Positions 35,646 through 49,340 are shown, numbered from the stretch's first letter. The stretch is DNA of 64,000 nt from Selaginella moellendorffii (GCF_000143415.4 NW_003314297.1:907430-971429); one strand, 5' to 3'. Program-made: numbers and translations. Notes: a model not told the origin generated them from the sequence alone.

Positions 35646-38600
35646 TGTGGCGCACGTGGTTTTGACCCTTTATTCTATGGTGATTTACTATACGATAACA
35701 CCATGAAGTGGAACCTAAACCCTCTTTATGCCATGTGACATATGCCACGTGTCATATGCCACGTGTCCAAAGGACAGTGGTGCAGAACCCGAGGTTCAAA
35801 GCCTTGGGCCACTAAACGAAGGAACAATGCCAAACTCCAAAGCATGGAGCCAAGGAGTGACGAAACCGGACCATGAAGCAACTCTCGAGTATACAGCCCA
35901 AGGAGTGAAGGGACATGACCTCGGAGCGACTTGGAACAGTCCTAGAGCAACCAACATCCCAATGTTAGGACCAGCACGCAAAATGGAGCCAAACGGAGTC
36001 TAGCACTATTTCGGCATACTGGTGGCCTAACACAAAGACATGGGTACTCCACCAACTAGCATGGTGTGGAACTTGGGCTTAGACCCAAGCTGGACGCAAA
36101 ACAAAGACAGGCACGCAAACAAGAGCTAGACTATGCCTCAAGTTGGTCGGCCATGCCCAACCTACCCACTATCCCTACTATACATTTGGAACCACCCATA
36201 GCCCACCCCCTTTGAGGAACATATGCTTTGGGCTTTCACCTTAAGCCTCCTTTAGTATCAAGAGTTAGTCTCTGGGACAAGCTCGAAACTTACTAAATAT
36301 GGAATGGCACTAGATTGTGAATTTTGACATAGGACGAACACCATTGTGTTCAAGCCAATCTCTACATTCCGTAGACATGCCAAATGAGCAAATCTAGACA
36401 ATTTCCATGATTAACATTTGGGACTAAATTGAGACTACCATAAAGAGCATGATAGTGAGGGTGTTTGGTAGACACGGTAAGCTATCATCCAGCGATATTG
36501 AGGGACTAATCTCAATATACAAGGGTTCTTGTCACTAGCTAATGCAAGATATAATGAGACGGGAACTCCTTACCAGGCTAAGTATGCTTAGTTAATAACA
36601 CGTAGGAATTCCGTCCTTATGCTCATCCGGTTTAAGTACACTCGAAATGCCTAATTAACTCCACTAGCACAAGAGGGATTAATAAAGGGTCTAGCAATAC
36701 CGACCTCCTGCCATCGTGGCAGTAAGGAAAAAGTGTCCGTAAGGACTGGCCGACAGGTAACTTTCGATACCCGAAGTCACATTCGCAACACTCTCCCCCC
36801 TTAGGGAAGATCGACGTCTTCGTCGATGCATATTCAAGTCTAGAATACCACCAAGGAAACAATTCTAGAAAAAAGTTTACGGTATTCATATTATATGAGA
36901 AATGCACCAACTTAAATGAGTTATGAAGCAACCTCTTTATCTAACGCGGATGCGCTACCCACTCAAACACTTTCCGGCTGTCGCTGACAAGGAAATGACC
37001 AACAGAGTTAGCCACCCTTGCTACTCTGGGTGTCACCCAGCTTACAAAAGTGTGATACGCCCCTACCTGCAAGTGGCATAGAGAGAGAAGCCAAAGGCCC
37101 CAACCCTCCTGAGCAAAGAAACCAAACCCATCGGTAAGGTTTAGATAGTCTATTGTAAATAGGCAGTTAGAGTTGTTTACATGGTCATGCCCTTTTTAAT
37201 GGAATAAGGAACATCGACAAAGAGGCAGATTATGTGACCAGTCAACAGTAGCTACCCCATGACTAAAGATTTCACCATGCACACAAAGTGCCGAAGCTAG
37301 TCTGCCTATACTGGCCCAAACGCAAAGATTAATAGATGGCCAATATCAAAGTCATAGACAATGATATCTTAGAGACTTAATTACTAGTGAATAAAACTTA
37401 GATTAGAACACAAAACCAGTATAATAGAATGATAGGAACCACCAAGATCATCATAATTGGTAAATATAGGAATCACCATCCAACAAAATTCAATAGCAAG
37501 TATATCATCAAGGAAACTCAATGATGAAACTTAACTACCGAAGATGGCAGACAGTATGCCAAACAACTTACTAAGATAACTCAAAAAACACAAAGTATCA
37601 TTGACTGGCAAACAAAATGCTCGTGAATGTATCACCCAAAGGAAATAACATCTCAATCCATCAAAACTAACTCAAGCAATGATTAATAAAACAGAATGAA
37701 TGTTACAAGACCAACAAACACTTATTCATGCCAACTATCACACTAATCAATCTGAATAGATCTCAGTCAACAATACAAAAAAACTCAAGTTGTTTAAGCA
37801 AGTATTAGCAACATCCTACTGATGTTTCAAACCCAAAAGATTAATCCAAAACAAACCACAAAGAACATGTGGTATTGCAAAAAACCATAAACCATCAAAG
37901 AGAGCAACTGATTATCATGAAAGATCATCAATTATCCTATCAATAAAGAAATGCATAATCATTGTCGAAGAAAGAATCTACCATCCTAAAGAACGGCAAA
38001 TCAGTCTATATCAAAAATAATCAAGAAAAACCTTTTGACAAGGATAATCAACCATTCTAGATGATAGTTAATTATTATCAATGATTGCTAGATACAAAAG
38101 CCAACTTCAACATCGAAACTAATGAGCCAAAATGCCTTCCCTAACAACTTTTACAAATGGATCAATGAGCATAAAACTCAATGAACCAAAAGCTCGAAAA
38201 AGCTTATAGCCAAGTCTTACCTATTAATGATCATGAGTTTCACATGAATTAATTTCAATGCTAAAGAAGAAATTATGGTACAACCCATAATATCCTCCTC
38301 AACACATTCATAAGCTAAACTTTATAATGCCAAAGCTAATGAAAAGCATATCTGCATCAATCCAAAAGCTAAACACAATGGAGTTATGCTCAACAAGTGA
38401 TCATTAAACAGTCCTCCATAAATCCATCTATAGTAAGACGTAACTCACTTCATAACAAGCACAAGAAGGATCATCAATGATCGATACATCCCAACTCAAA
38501 TCCAATAAGGATTCAAATATTCCAATATCAATCACTAACTTTTCTTCTTGTAATGCTAGCATAATCCACGACTAAATCACTTTTCAAGGAAAAACCAAAG

Positions 38601-41600
38601 CTCAACCCTCTACTAAATAATCTCGTCTAGAATGCAACTAACTCAAATTTGCCACTTAATTCGTTTGAACGTCAACACAGTTGCTAACTAGCAAATGCAC
38701 AAATGCCAATAACACAAAGCCATAGCCAAATCATCAACACTATCTTCATCAAGACTAATGAAATTCAATGTCAATCCTAAGGAGAAACATCTCATCTCAC
38801 TTGAATCTCAACATCAATAATGTCAACGATAAAGCATCACTTCAATGCTATCAGCACCAGAACAAAGCTAAAAGAATGTAAAAGTGAATCACCACCCAAA
38901 GCTCTCTAGCAACCAAGTTAATCAAAGTCAAAAATACTTTTACTTAGTATCCGAGATTAATCCTCCAACAATACTCAACTATAAATAACACATCATCAAG
39001 GAGTGATTCACCACGTCTAAGACTCAATGAAATCCAACACCACAGACTAAATATAACTAAATGATATCAACAAAAGAATCAACATGCTAACATGGAAAAA
39101 CCATGTAAGCCACGACACGATCCTCCGCAACACCATTCAGTAAAGCAAACCCATCACTACTAAATCATCATCGAGCGAAACAAGTGTCAACAATTTGCAA
39201 CGAAGTCTACAAGCAATCATTAGTCGCAAAACAACTAACAATCACTCTTTAACTTCCCTTCTCAAGACCCAAACACTAAACTCATGCCATGGAGTCATAT
39301 ACTCATCCAACATGAATGTAATACCTCAAGTATGAGATAAAAGTTCATGGACAAGCATAACTAAATGACCACTTGAATCCAACTCAATTACAATAAGCTC
39401 ACTAATGCGTTTTGCCAATGGCTTTGAGCATGCCTTGAAGAGGCTAGCTATGCATGATCAACACTCAGTCAAAACAAAGTGAAGACCATGAGATGGACTC
39501 ATATCGGTACATAACCTCCTCATAGACAAAGCTATAGTACGGGTATTAACATCTCAAACTCAAACAACTAAGTCGAACATCACTATCCTCAGCCAAGGCG
39601 TAAGGCTTCCAAGACTATGTCAAGATCAATGAGAACTCATTACTCTCATAGAGTCTAACAAAATGCAAAGTGCAACCATAACTCTACAGAAGAAAGGCAC
39701 AAGGGTCACCCTTCTTAGAAAAGCGCAACAGCCACTTTTCTACACCAACTCTAGACTCTATCCAACTCAATTGCCTTAGCCCCAAAAGTCAACATCTCTT
39801 TCAGGTTGCATCATACAAACTATTTACTAAAGTTTAAGCCAACTGAAGTCAACTCTACCCCCTTCACTAGTTTGTATTGGCTTACGAAAATGGATTGGTT
39901 TTCGGGCAAAGTAATCAACAGATCAGTCATTGGAAAAGTCTAAGAAAATTTATGGAAAATTTTCCATCCTAGAGAAAGAATGACTCTTAGTCCAAGAATG
40001 CAAACTTTCAAGACTCAACCAACTTCCTCCTACCTACAACTTCACATAAATTCACCTTAACACAAATTCTCATGACCCATAGTATGCTTAAGCATTGAAC
40101 ATCTTTGCCCATTTTTCCGATATCCAACACTAACATTTGCAAAATGCAAAATAAACATCTAAGGCTTGATCACGAAGAACATATATTTGGATATCCACAT
40201 TGCACTAACACTTTTCTTCAACTATCTTCAAGATCCAATGTAAAGCCAAAACTCTAACAAGAAAAATGACATGTAAATTCAAGGTTTAAGGAAAATTCCT
40301 CATCACTTGAACAACAATGCCACTTCCACTAACACAAGTGCTAGCATTATTAATGCTTTAACTACACACCTTCTCCATCCAACAATCTACTCTAAGTGCT
40401 AATAGATCAACTGATGAGCTATAGCAAATGAATGCTACAACTCTTTTCTAACACTTTATGGGCAAACTTTTACAGAAACAAGGTACCAACTTAAGCTTAG
40501 CATAATGAACCACTAACGAGAATCCAGTCAAAGCTACTACAATGCTATTTCGTGTAAGTAGACTAGCTTTTTCATCAACCACTTTGGGGTTGATCATAAT
40601 TTAACCAAGCAACTTCGTAAACACATTGCTCATTATCACATGGATATGACATAAAAATCACAATGTCTTGATCATCAATCAAGCAACACCATGAGCAATG
40701 TCAATATCATTACTTCAAAGGTTTATGTGAATATCAAGTGTCAACTTGATTCGGCAAAATGTAACATAAATGCCACACTCCACCGATAGAGATTTACAAC
40801 ACCCAACACCACCAAATTTTGTTCATAACATGGACAAACTCATGCCACTCTCTTTCCAACCAAACTCAAAACTAATCCAACACCAAGCTACTCAAGGAGC
40901 AATAGCAAGGTTCCTCGGAAAAGAATTGAGCATTGCAACCCAAGTCTTCCAATAGCAAGCCTAGACAAAATGGTTTAGCGCTTCACTACTATCCATCCCA
41001 TAACTCACCATTTATAAGACCATTATTTCCAACATACATCAAGGTAGGGACTCTTGACTGCATGATGTGAACACGAGCAATGAATTACACTTTGTTGCAA
41101 ATCATCTCTTCAAGAAGGAAAAATGATTTACGTGTTTGATCCTTCGTCCCTGATGACTCTTTTTTCAGTCTCATCTTTTAACTAAACCTCAAGCTTGCTT
41201 TCGCACTGCCTTTAGTCCAATCTAAGAAAAGTTTATGAGAGAGTACGGCAATTATTACTTGAACCAATAAACTAATCTCTACATTCTTAATTAATCCACT
41301 TGTAATCATGCCTAGGAAGGATCCACTAGTGCCATGCTATACAACTACGGACCAGCCTATTTGCCACTCATAGCAAACCTAGGGAAGGTTTACTTTCACC
41401 CACAATACATGGAACAACTCATGGAACCACCAATAGGCTAATATTAATCTTGTCAACTCAAAGAGTAACCTTGAGTTGCTAATGTGCCTCACTCATGAGC
41501 CCAAGTGCAAACTCGTGCAATCGGAATAACTCAATCCATCTTATGAGCCCAAGCGAAAGCTCATACAATCTAGTACGAAAGGTAACCAAATTCCATACCC

Positions 41601-42799
41601 GAGGAACGAATGTGAGACCTTTGCACCCAAACGTGTACCCACTCGGATCATCGTTTTCATCTCTGCATATGCAATGAGACTAGTTGCCCAATCTCATTGT
41701 ATAATACTCGCTGAGACGTATTTTCTGATACCAAATGTAGCACACATGGTTTTGACCCTTTATCCTATGGTGATTTACCATAGGATAACACCACGAAGTG
41801 GAACCTAAACCCTCTTTATGCCACGTGTCCAAAGGACAGTGATGTGGAACTCAAGGTTTAGAGCCTTGGGCCACTGAATGAAGGAACGTTGCCAAACTCC
41901 AAAGCATGGAGCCAAGGAGTGACGGAACCAGACCATGAAGCAACTCTTGAGTATACAGCCCAAGGAGCGAAAGGACAGAAGTTCGGAGGGACTTGGAACA
42001 ATCCTAAAGCAACTAGCGTGCAACCCAATGCTAGAACCAGCACGCAAAACAGAGCCAAATGGAGTCTGACACTATTTCGGCATACCGGTGGCTTAACGCA
42101 AAGACATGGGTACTCCACCAACTAGCATGGTGTGGAACTTGGGCTTAGACCCAAGCTGGACGCAGAACAAGGACAAACACACAAGCGGGAGTTAGACTAT
42201 CCCTCAGGTTGGTCAGCCATGCTCGACCTACTCACGACTATATACATTTGGAACCCCTTTTGGCCCCCCCCCCCCCCCCCCCTCCCCCTTAGGAACACAC
42301 GCTTTGGGCTTTCACCCCAAGCCTCCCTTAGTATCAGGAGTTAGTCTCTAGGACAAGCTCGAAACTTACTAAATATGGAGTGGCACTAGATTGAGAATTT
42401 GGACACGAGACAAACACCATTGTGTTCAGGCCAATCTCTACATTCCATAGACATGCCAAATGAGCAAATCTAGACAATTTCCATAATTAACATTGGGACC
42501 GAATTAAGACTACCACAAAGGGCATGATAGCGAGGGTGTTTCGCTAGCCAATGCAAGACATAACGAGACGAGAACTCCTTACCGGGCTAAGTATGTTTAG
42601 CTAATAACACGTAGGAATTCTATCCTTATACTTGTCCGGTCTAAGTACACTCGAAATGCCCAGTTAACTCCATTAGCACAAGAAGGACTAATAAAAGGTC
42701 CAGCAATACCGACTTCCTACCATCGTGGTAGTAAGGAAAGAGTGTCCGTAAGGACTAGCCGACAGGTAACTTTCGATACCCGAAGTCACATTCGCGACA
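35646..42799 (-). mobile_element. Complete family-A non-coding (LARD-like) LTR element, 7154 bp
   Basis: LTRs at 35646-36790 and 41736-42799 with perfect TSD GTCAA. PBS TGGTATCAGA (tRNA-iMet type) and PPT AAGGGGGGAGAG. The 4.9-kb internal region has no long ORF or recognisable domain. Confidence 0.95.
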
Positions 42800-42804
42800 G
42801 TCAA

Positions 42805-44300
42805 GTTGTTTAAGCAATTTCATTAAATCTATCATTCGTTGGCTTAGTTAGGCACACAAGATAGTTTAATTTTTGCTTTCTTATACTTTTGCCTAATCAC
42901 ATAGAATGGGGATCAATTAATTTTCATTTGAGTCTATAAGTAAAATGTATCTTTTGATAGGTATGTTAGATGGCTAGTAAACCTTCTTATTTCATTTACC
43001 CCAATCCCCCATTCAACTTTTATCAGGACTGTGAAGGGTTGTTAATCCTCAATCTCTCCACTTAGGTATGCAAGAGGACTTACTTTTCTGCCCGTGCCTA
43101 GTGTGATTAAGATTAATTCAATGTAAGGACTCTGGCGCATGATATCTAATTCTAGAGTAGCTTACCTGCTTTATAGTAGGTCTTACCCTTTGGCTTATAG
43201 CCAACCTTGCCCTTATAACTGTGAAATTAGAAAGAATGGCCTATTGCTCTCAATAAATTTTAGGCAAACCTCTTTTAAATGGATCAATACTAAAGACTAA
43301 TTTAAACGGGTTGTGAAAACCTCTTTGAAATTGTTCTATGGAATCAACATAAGGGTCAAATTGTCTAGCATATGATACCATATTCTAGATCAATTTACTT
43401 GTGGAATGATGTTAGATAGTTTTTCAAACATATAATAGCTAATTTGTAAAAGATAGATTTAGACAAAAATTTCTTTTCAAGGTAAATTTTTCTCTAGCCT
43501 CTTCACCAACGGGCGATAATAGTCAATACAAGTCTTTGCTCAAACTTATATGACAAATTTTTGAACTTTAATTAATTTACTTAGGTGTACTAAGTGTAAA
43601 GTGGTTTGAATGGTTAAAGCAGTTTATGATAACTATTTCTAAATTTTTGACTTGTGAGGTTTGTTTGAGTCTCATATGCTCTTGCAATATGCATAGGAGA
43701 TTTAAACTCAAGACAAGTCTACTCTCAAATTGTGTTTGAGTAGTTGTTCAAGCTAAAAAACCTTGGATTTAAGCCTTAAGACAGTACAATATTCTATATG
43801 TGATTTTGCCTTTATCATAGCCTCATAAAATTTGGGTGAATAATTCCCCAATTTGTTATTCATTGAGGCCAACTTTAGCTCTCTTTAAATTGGAGTCGAA
43901 GACAAAAATTATTAGGTGCCTAATTTTCTTGCTTGTGTAAATCTAGAAAAATTGTGACACACTACTAAAAAATGTATCCTCTAAAAACCCAAATAAGAAC
44001 TTGCTTAAAAGGAAAGAATTCTAGAGTAATTAATTCTGTTTTCCACATTAAACAAACTCTATTTTTTCTTCTTTTGGATTTTTCTCAAAAAATTGCTAGT
44101 GAAACAATTTAAACTTGAGTTTCTTGGCAATGTATGCCAAACTTTAATTTCAAACTCATCTCATGTTTTGTGGCTTAGGTGATAGTTGTAAAATTATCTT
44201 TCTTACATTGTCTGGGCACTAAACCATTATAATTGCAACATGTCTTTCTTTTTCGGATGCCTAAGTTTAGGCATAATTTCATTTTTCCTAAACTTTTTTT
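42805..44300 (-). pseudogene. Ancient gypsy reverse transcriptase/RNase H relic
   Basis: TCIDYYRPL (CIDYRxLN-like) at ~43505-43535 and an SK.DL..GYH-like remnant at ~43370-43400. Confidence 0.55.
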
Positions 44301-44351
44301 TTTTGCTTTGCCTGGGATGATATACAAGATAAAACATTTACCTCTTCATTA

Positions 44352-44541
44352 AACTAGCAAACAAAATGGAGCCAAATAGAGTTTGGCACTATTTCAGCAT
44401 ACCGATGGCATAACGTAAGAATATAAATACTCCACTGTGGAACTTAGGTTTAGACCCAAGCTAAACTCAAAATAAGGACAGGTATGCAAGCAGGAGCTAA
44501 ACTACCATGTCTAACCTACCCACTATCCCTACTATACATTT
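44352..44541 (-). mobile_element. Family-A LTR fragment
   Basis: Matches ~35968-36188 and begins about where the LTR at 22759-23068 breaks off. Confidence 0.75.
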
Positions 44542-44627
44542 AGGGGTGAGCTCTACAATTGGGAATATGCCAAATCACTCAAAGTGTGTCGATGGCAATT
44601 GGCATTGCCAAATCACAAGTTAGTGTG

Positions 44628-45268
44628 GTGAGGTTTAGGGTCTCACTCAAACAACCCTAGACAAGATTCTAGAGAGGATTGTAGGGCCTTCGCAACACCA
44701 CTATCAGCCATCATTATCACTGTATAAGCTCCTGAGTTTGGACTTCCCGGGAGGTCATTTAGCCCAGTACTATTCAAAACTAAGAACACTTAACCCCAAG
44801 ACCCTTCCAGTTAAAAAAGGGGGTGCACTTTTATTCATAAGCCATTTCCTTGGGGGAGGCAACAGCATATCTTATGCACAATGACAAATATCTTGTTGTC
44901 CAAGCTTGCCAAGCAATCTAGTTGTAGAAGGGGAGAGGGGCGAGTTGATTGCTAGATTATTCTTCTCGTGGCAAATGCACGAGTGTGCACGGGCAGCAGC
45001 ATGCAGGACGGGTGAGACTCGTACTTACACTACTGTCGTGACTACTTGCAGGGGATTGAAGCGCACGAAGACCCACGAGAACACACCAAGAAACGTAAAT
45101 AGAAGGGGAAATTCGCCTTTCCATCCTTGTTAAATCTGGAACAATCAAGGACAAAGAATGTTTTGCCTATCGTGAAGAAACAAATCCAGACACTTAGAGC
45201 TTGCTTCAAGTGTCTATATTTGAACCTCTATAAATCATCTCTCAAATTATTCCCTTTGGTTATTTACA
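44628..45268 (-). mobile_element. 5S-box-containing (Cassandra-like) long terminal repeat
   Basis: The minus strand starts TGTAAATAACCAAAGGGAA, like 47547 and 47922. A 5S-like segment GTTAAGTGTTCTT...TAGTACTGGGCTAAATGACCTCCCGGGAAGTCC lies at 44740-44794. Confidence 0.7.
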
Positions 45269-45372
45269 CGTTACAAGGACGAGAGGCCATGGTACAGGAG
45301 AGGATTGCATACTTCAAGCATGTGCTTCAGCATTGGGCAAGGTCATGATCTTTGTACATTCAAGAGCCTCAC

Positions 45373-45523
45373 TTTGAATAGTACTGGGTTGGGTGACCTC
45401 CCAGGAAGTCCAAACTCATGAGTTTATATGGCAATGGCGATGGCTGGTAGTGGTGTTGCTAAGATGCCACAATCCTCTCCAGAATCTTGTCTAGGGCAGC
45501 TTGTGTGAGACCCTAAACCTCAC
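45373..45523 (+). mobile_element. Partial 5S-box repeat, inverted relative to 44628-44779
   Basis: TAGTACTGGGTTGGGTGACCTCCCAGGAAGTCC (45379-45411) matches 29/33 nt of the plant 5S rRNA IE/C-box region as I recall it. Confidence 0.75.
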
Positions 45524-46199
45524 AGGCAAGTTCCAAACAAGATGGGGGTGATACTAAGAATTGAGTCTAGACACACTTTCTAATACAAGGTGGAGATGGC
45601 TTTAGTTGGCCTCCATTTGGAATACCATTTATCCATCCTAGACCTTTTGCTATATGCATCATTGTTTTGACTCATCAAGCAGGCTACAAGTCTATACCAA
45701 ACCAAAGAAAACAAGGTATATCTTCCTTCTAAGTTGATCTTAGTGCTTTGATTTCATAGTCTTGCTCTAGCTAGAAAAGGCTAGGAAAAAAAATGAGCTC
45801 TTCTAAACTCTATGGAGTTTGGGTGAGCTTGAGTGTTGTCAATGATCCTAGGCATGAGGAATATGAGCAAATGTTTGTTCGTGCTTTTGAAGCTCTTGGT
45901 GCACAACATCTTATTCATGTTGTGGTTAGGGAGAAAGTTGGTTACTAGACAATCTACACTTACTTAGGGCTCTATAGTGTTGCTGCAATGTATATCCACT
46001 ATAGGAATACAATGCATTTCTTATTTAAAAGGTAAGAAAACTGCCCATATTTCAAGTGCTTAACAAATCTACTCTAAGAGAAGCAAGACTTTGTAAGTGC
46101 CCATGGCTTGGCTTCGTTTATCAACACCAGGCCATAATGTTTATTGCAACATAAGAAACTATTTGAAAGAGTTTGGCTACTTCAATCTAGTTACTAGAG

Positions 46200-48590
46200 C
46201 TGATGCTAGGCTACACTGTGCTTAAGAAAGAATCTAGCAAGTTGTGAGAGAGACAAGCAAGAATTATTTGATGAAATAACTCAAGAACACCCTGTTATTA
46301 GTGGCTTGCATGAACTATAAAGAAAGCTCTCCAAAACTTCAAGTGCAATCTCATTAACACTAATAATCCCCTTAATACTCATTAAGATCACTTTAAGGAA
46401 CACTTTTAAACAATGTTAAACACTTCAAAAAAGGGATGAGACCTAACTTAACCCTTCCCTATTGTTACCTTCTTTTTTATAGCAAGTTCTCCCACTAATT
46501 TCCTCTAAATCTTTGTTATCCTTTAGCACAAATTCTCCTCCCATGACTCTTCGGGGATATCCATACATCTCTATATTACACCTTAGGTGCCACATTGATC
46601 AAACATGATTATGATTGTTTGTAGGATAGTTATACCACTCGGCATCGTAGGTGGTAACACAATAATTTTGTGCTATCCAAATAAGTTTTTCCACCCTTCT
46701 ATCAGAATTTTTTCTTCATAAAATGTATGATGGAGAGAAGAAATCAATGGAGGGGCACAAACCTCTAGAGGATATAAAGATACATGGCCTAAAAAGTAGT
46801 GGCTTAGTAAATGGTGTTTGGTGAAAAGGTTAACAAAGAAACATGGTGATACACATATTAAAAAGAAGTAAGAAATCAAATGGATTTTTTCACAACATAA
46901 GTAGGGTAGCAAGAAAGAACCATTCTTTACAAAGGAGAGTAGAGTGAAAGTAGGTGTGAAGAAGGATGAAATCAAAAAGTCTTTCAAAAGGGATCACCCT
47001 TTACAGTCATTTAAGAGTTTTTTAATAGCTTTTGGAAAATTAAAGAGGTCCCTAACATTTCCCCAAAACCTTTTAGCAGCCTAGCTCCTAGTGGCTAATA
47101 TTAGTGATGCTGTTAAAACTCTTCCTAGAAGTTAGACAAAATCCTCTTGCTACTACCTCTTTGGCTTATTATTCCTTATTAATATTTGCCCAAATGCGTC
47201 ACTCAAATCTCCTCTGAGAATCGTCTTTTAGCTCTCTAGAGTCGAATTCCCCCCTACTATGGAGCAAACTACTCCTTCCCAAGAATCTTAGAGATTCTCT
47301 TACCATTTCTAGAAAAAGATAATAGATTTCTCTATTTAGTCACTTCTTATATGACAAATATATTAATATACATATGTTTTACTACCCTATGATACCAAGA
47401 AAGAGGGAATAGTTGAACTCACCCTTATTGGCCCATAGCACTAATGGATATTCCACTTTATGTCTTGCTATGCAGCAAGTTTTTCCAAAAACATGAAAGC
47501 ATGAAGTCAACAAAGGTAATGATGATCTAGATAGAGATTTAAAGATTGTAAACAACTAAAGGGAATGACTTAAAAGATGATCCATATAGGTTCAAATATA
47601 AAAGAAAAAGTTCCATGAATAAAAGTGCACCCTTTTTTTCAATTGATTAAAGGTATTGGGATACTTGGTTAAATGTCCCTAAGTTTGAATAGTATTGGGT
47701 TGGATGACTTCCCAAAAAGTCCAAATTCATAATATCAGAGGGGTCTCAGGTCCAGCTCTATTAGTTGAGTAAAGGAATCACACTATATATTAAGATTAAC
47801 ATCTAGCAAATCTAATTTGCTTTGGGTAGGGTAGGGTGTTAAGAGAGTAGGGCTCTTAGGAGAGTTGTGGCTTTCACTTTTAATTCGCAAAAGCGTGAAT
47901 TTATAGGGAAGTATAGTGGATTGTAAACAACCAAAGAGAACAACTCTAAAAACGATTTATATAGATTCAAATATAGAGAAAAAAGGCCTATGAATAAAAG
48001 TGCACTTTTTTTTTCCAAATCGGTTAAAGGTTTTAAGATATTTGAGATTAAACGTTATTGAGTTTAAATAATACTGGACTAAATGACTTCCTAAAAAGTC
48101 TAAATTCAAGAGCTTACAAAGGCCCAATGAGCCTATCTCTACTAGAATCAAGGCCAGAAGGTGTTATGCCATATAGATTCTATTGCACTACACCCAGGTG
48201 AGAATCTAGCAAGTTGCAAGAGAGACAAGAAAAAATTACAAAATTACTTAGGGACACTTTGTTGCTAATAGCCGACCATGAGCTACAAAGAAAGCTCTCT
48301 AAAGCACTCCAAAGCTTACAAAAAACTAAGTGCAGTCTCATTAACACTCATCATTGCTTATTAAAATCACTTTAAAAAACACTTTTAAATGTTGTTAAAC
48401 ACTTCAGAAAAAGGGTGAGGCCTAACTTAGCCCTCTTTTTTATAGTTAACTCTCCTGCTAATTTCCTCTAGATTTCTACTATCCTCTAATATATATTCTC
48501 AGGGAATATTTGTGCATCTCCACCTCACACCTTACATCGATCAAACATAACTTCAACTATTTTCAAGGTCTGAACAGTATAACTACATTG
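46200..48590 (-). mobile_element. Family-C degraded small LTR element hosting the Cassandra-like insertion
   Basis: LTR pieces at 46200-46659 and 47398-48590, PBS-like TGGTATCATAG at 47387-47397, and a ~740-bp non-coding interior. Confidence 0.6.
47547..48118 (+). mobile_element. Cassandra-like TRIM with decayed 5S boxes in both LTRs
   Basis: LTRs at 47547-~47728 and 47922-48118 (TGTAAAC...CTTACA). Decayed PBS TAATATCAGAG; purine tract ending GTGGAT. Flanks AAGAT/AAGGC compare with empty site AAGAC at 16096-16100. Confidence 0.78.
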
Positions 48591-48682
48591 TCTAAGTTTT
48601 CTTTAGTTCAGCAAACACAATAACAATCTCTAGTGCAATTTATACTCAGTTCCAAGGCTACATAGGCATAACAATGAGTATC

Positions 48683-49340
48683 AAACTCACTAGATTGTAT
48701 GGTAGCCACTCCTAAACTCCTTGACTATCCAACCCAAGGAGACGACGGGATTTGGGATTTCCATTGTGTGCAAGGGCACAATTTGGTGCCAAGGCTTTGA
48801 CTCCAAGAAAGTGTTTAGGGTGGATCCAACACCAGGAAATAGTAGCATCTAGCAAGAGGGATCTCAAGCATTAGAAATGGTGGCAATTGGGTTTGGCCAC
48901 TACCTTTGTGCACGAAGGTGAGGTATTGAAGCTCCAAGAGGGTGAATGGGTGAGTGTTGGCACTGGACCTGTGGTTCACAACGTCCTGGCCAACAGCCAC
49001 CACCTTGAGCGCCATGGTATACTTGGTGTGTACTGAGATTTGGAGCTTGGGAGCTCGTTAGGATTTTATAGACCTGGAGAGAACACATGAGCCCTTTGGG
49101 GTGATTGGAGACAAACAGTGGGCTCTAACTATGCTATTTCATGCAAGGTGTATGATATTGCTAGGTGAGATTGGATCACTATACATGTAGGTAAGGAGGA
49201 ACTTGAGTTCCCACTGGTTGTGGCAACAAATGATGGCTGCGTGTATCTGAAGAAAAAGCAAGGTGATGGCTGCGTGTATCTGAAGAAAAAGCAAGACTAT
49301 GATATAGTGGAGATTCACAAAGCCTGGGTTGACTGGGACG
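48683..49340 (+). pseudogene. Decayed unknown gene fragment, inverted paralog of 15290-15940
   Basis: Collinear homology with different deletions; contains a 33-bp tandem duplication starting at 49231. Confidence 0.45.

Noticed and set aside
45379-45411. A true 5S rRNA gene
   Set aside because: Only the internal promoter part matches; the 5' and 3' ends of 5S are absent and the flanks are LTR-like.
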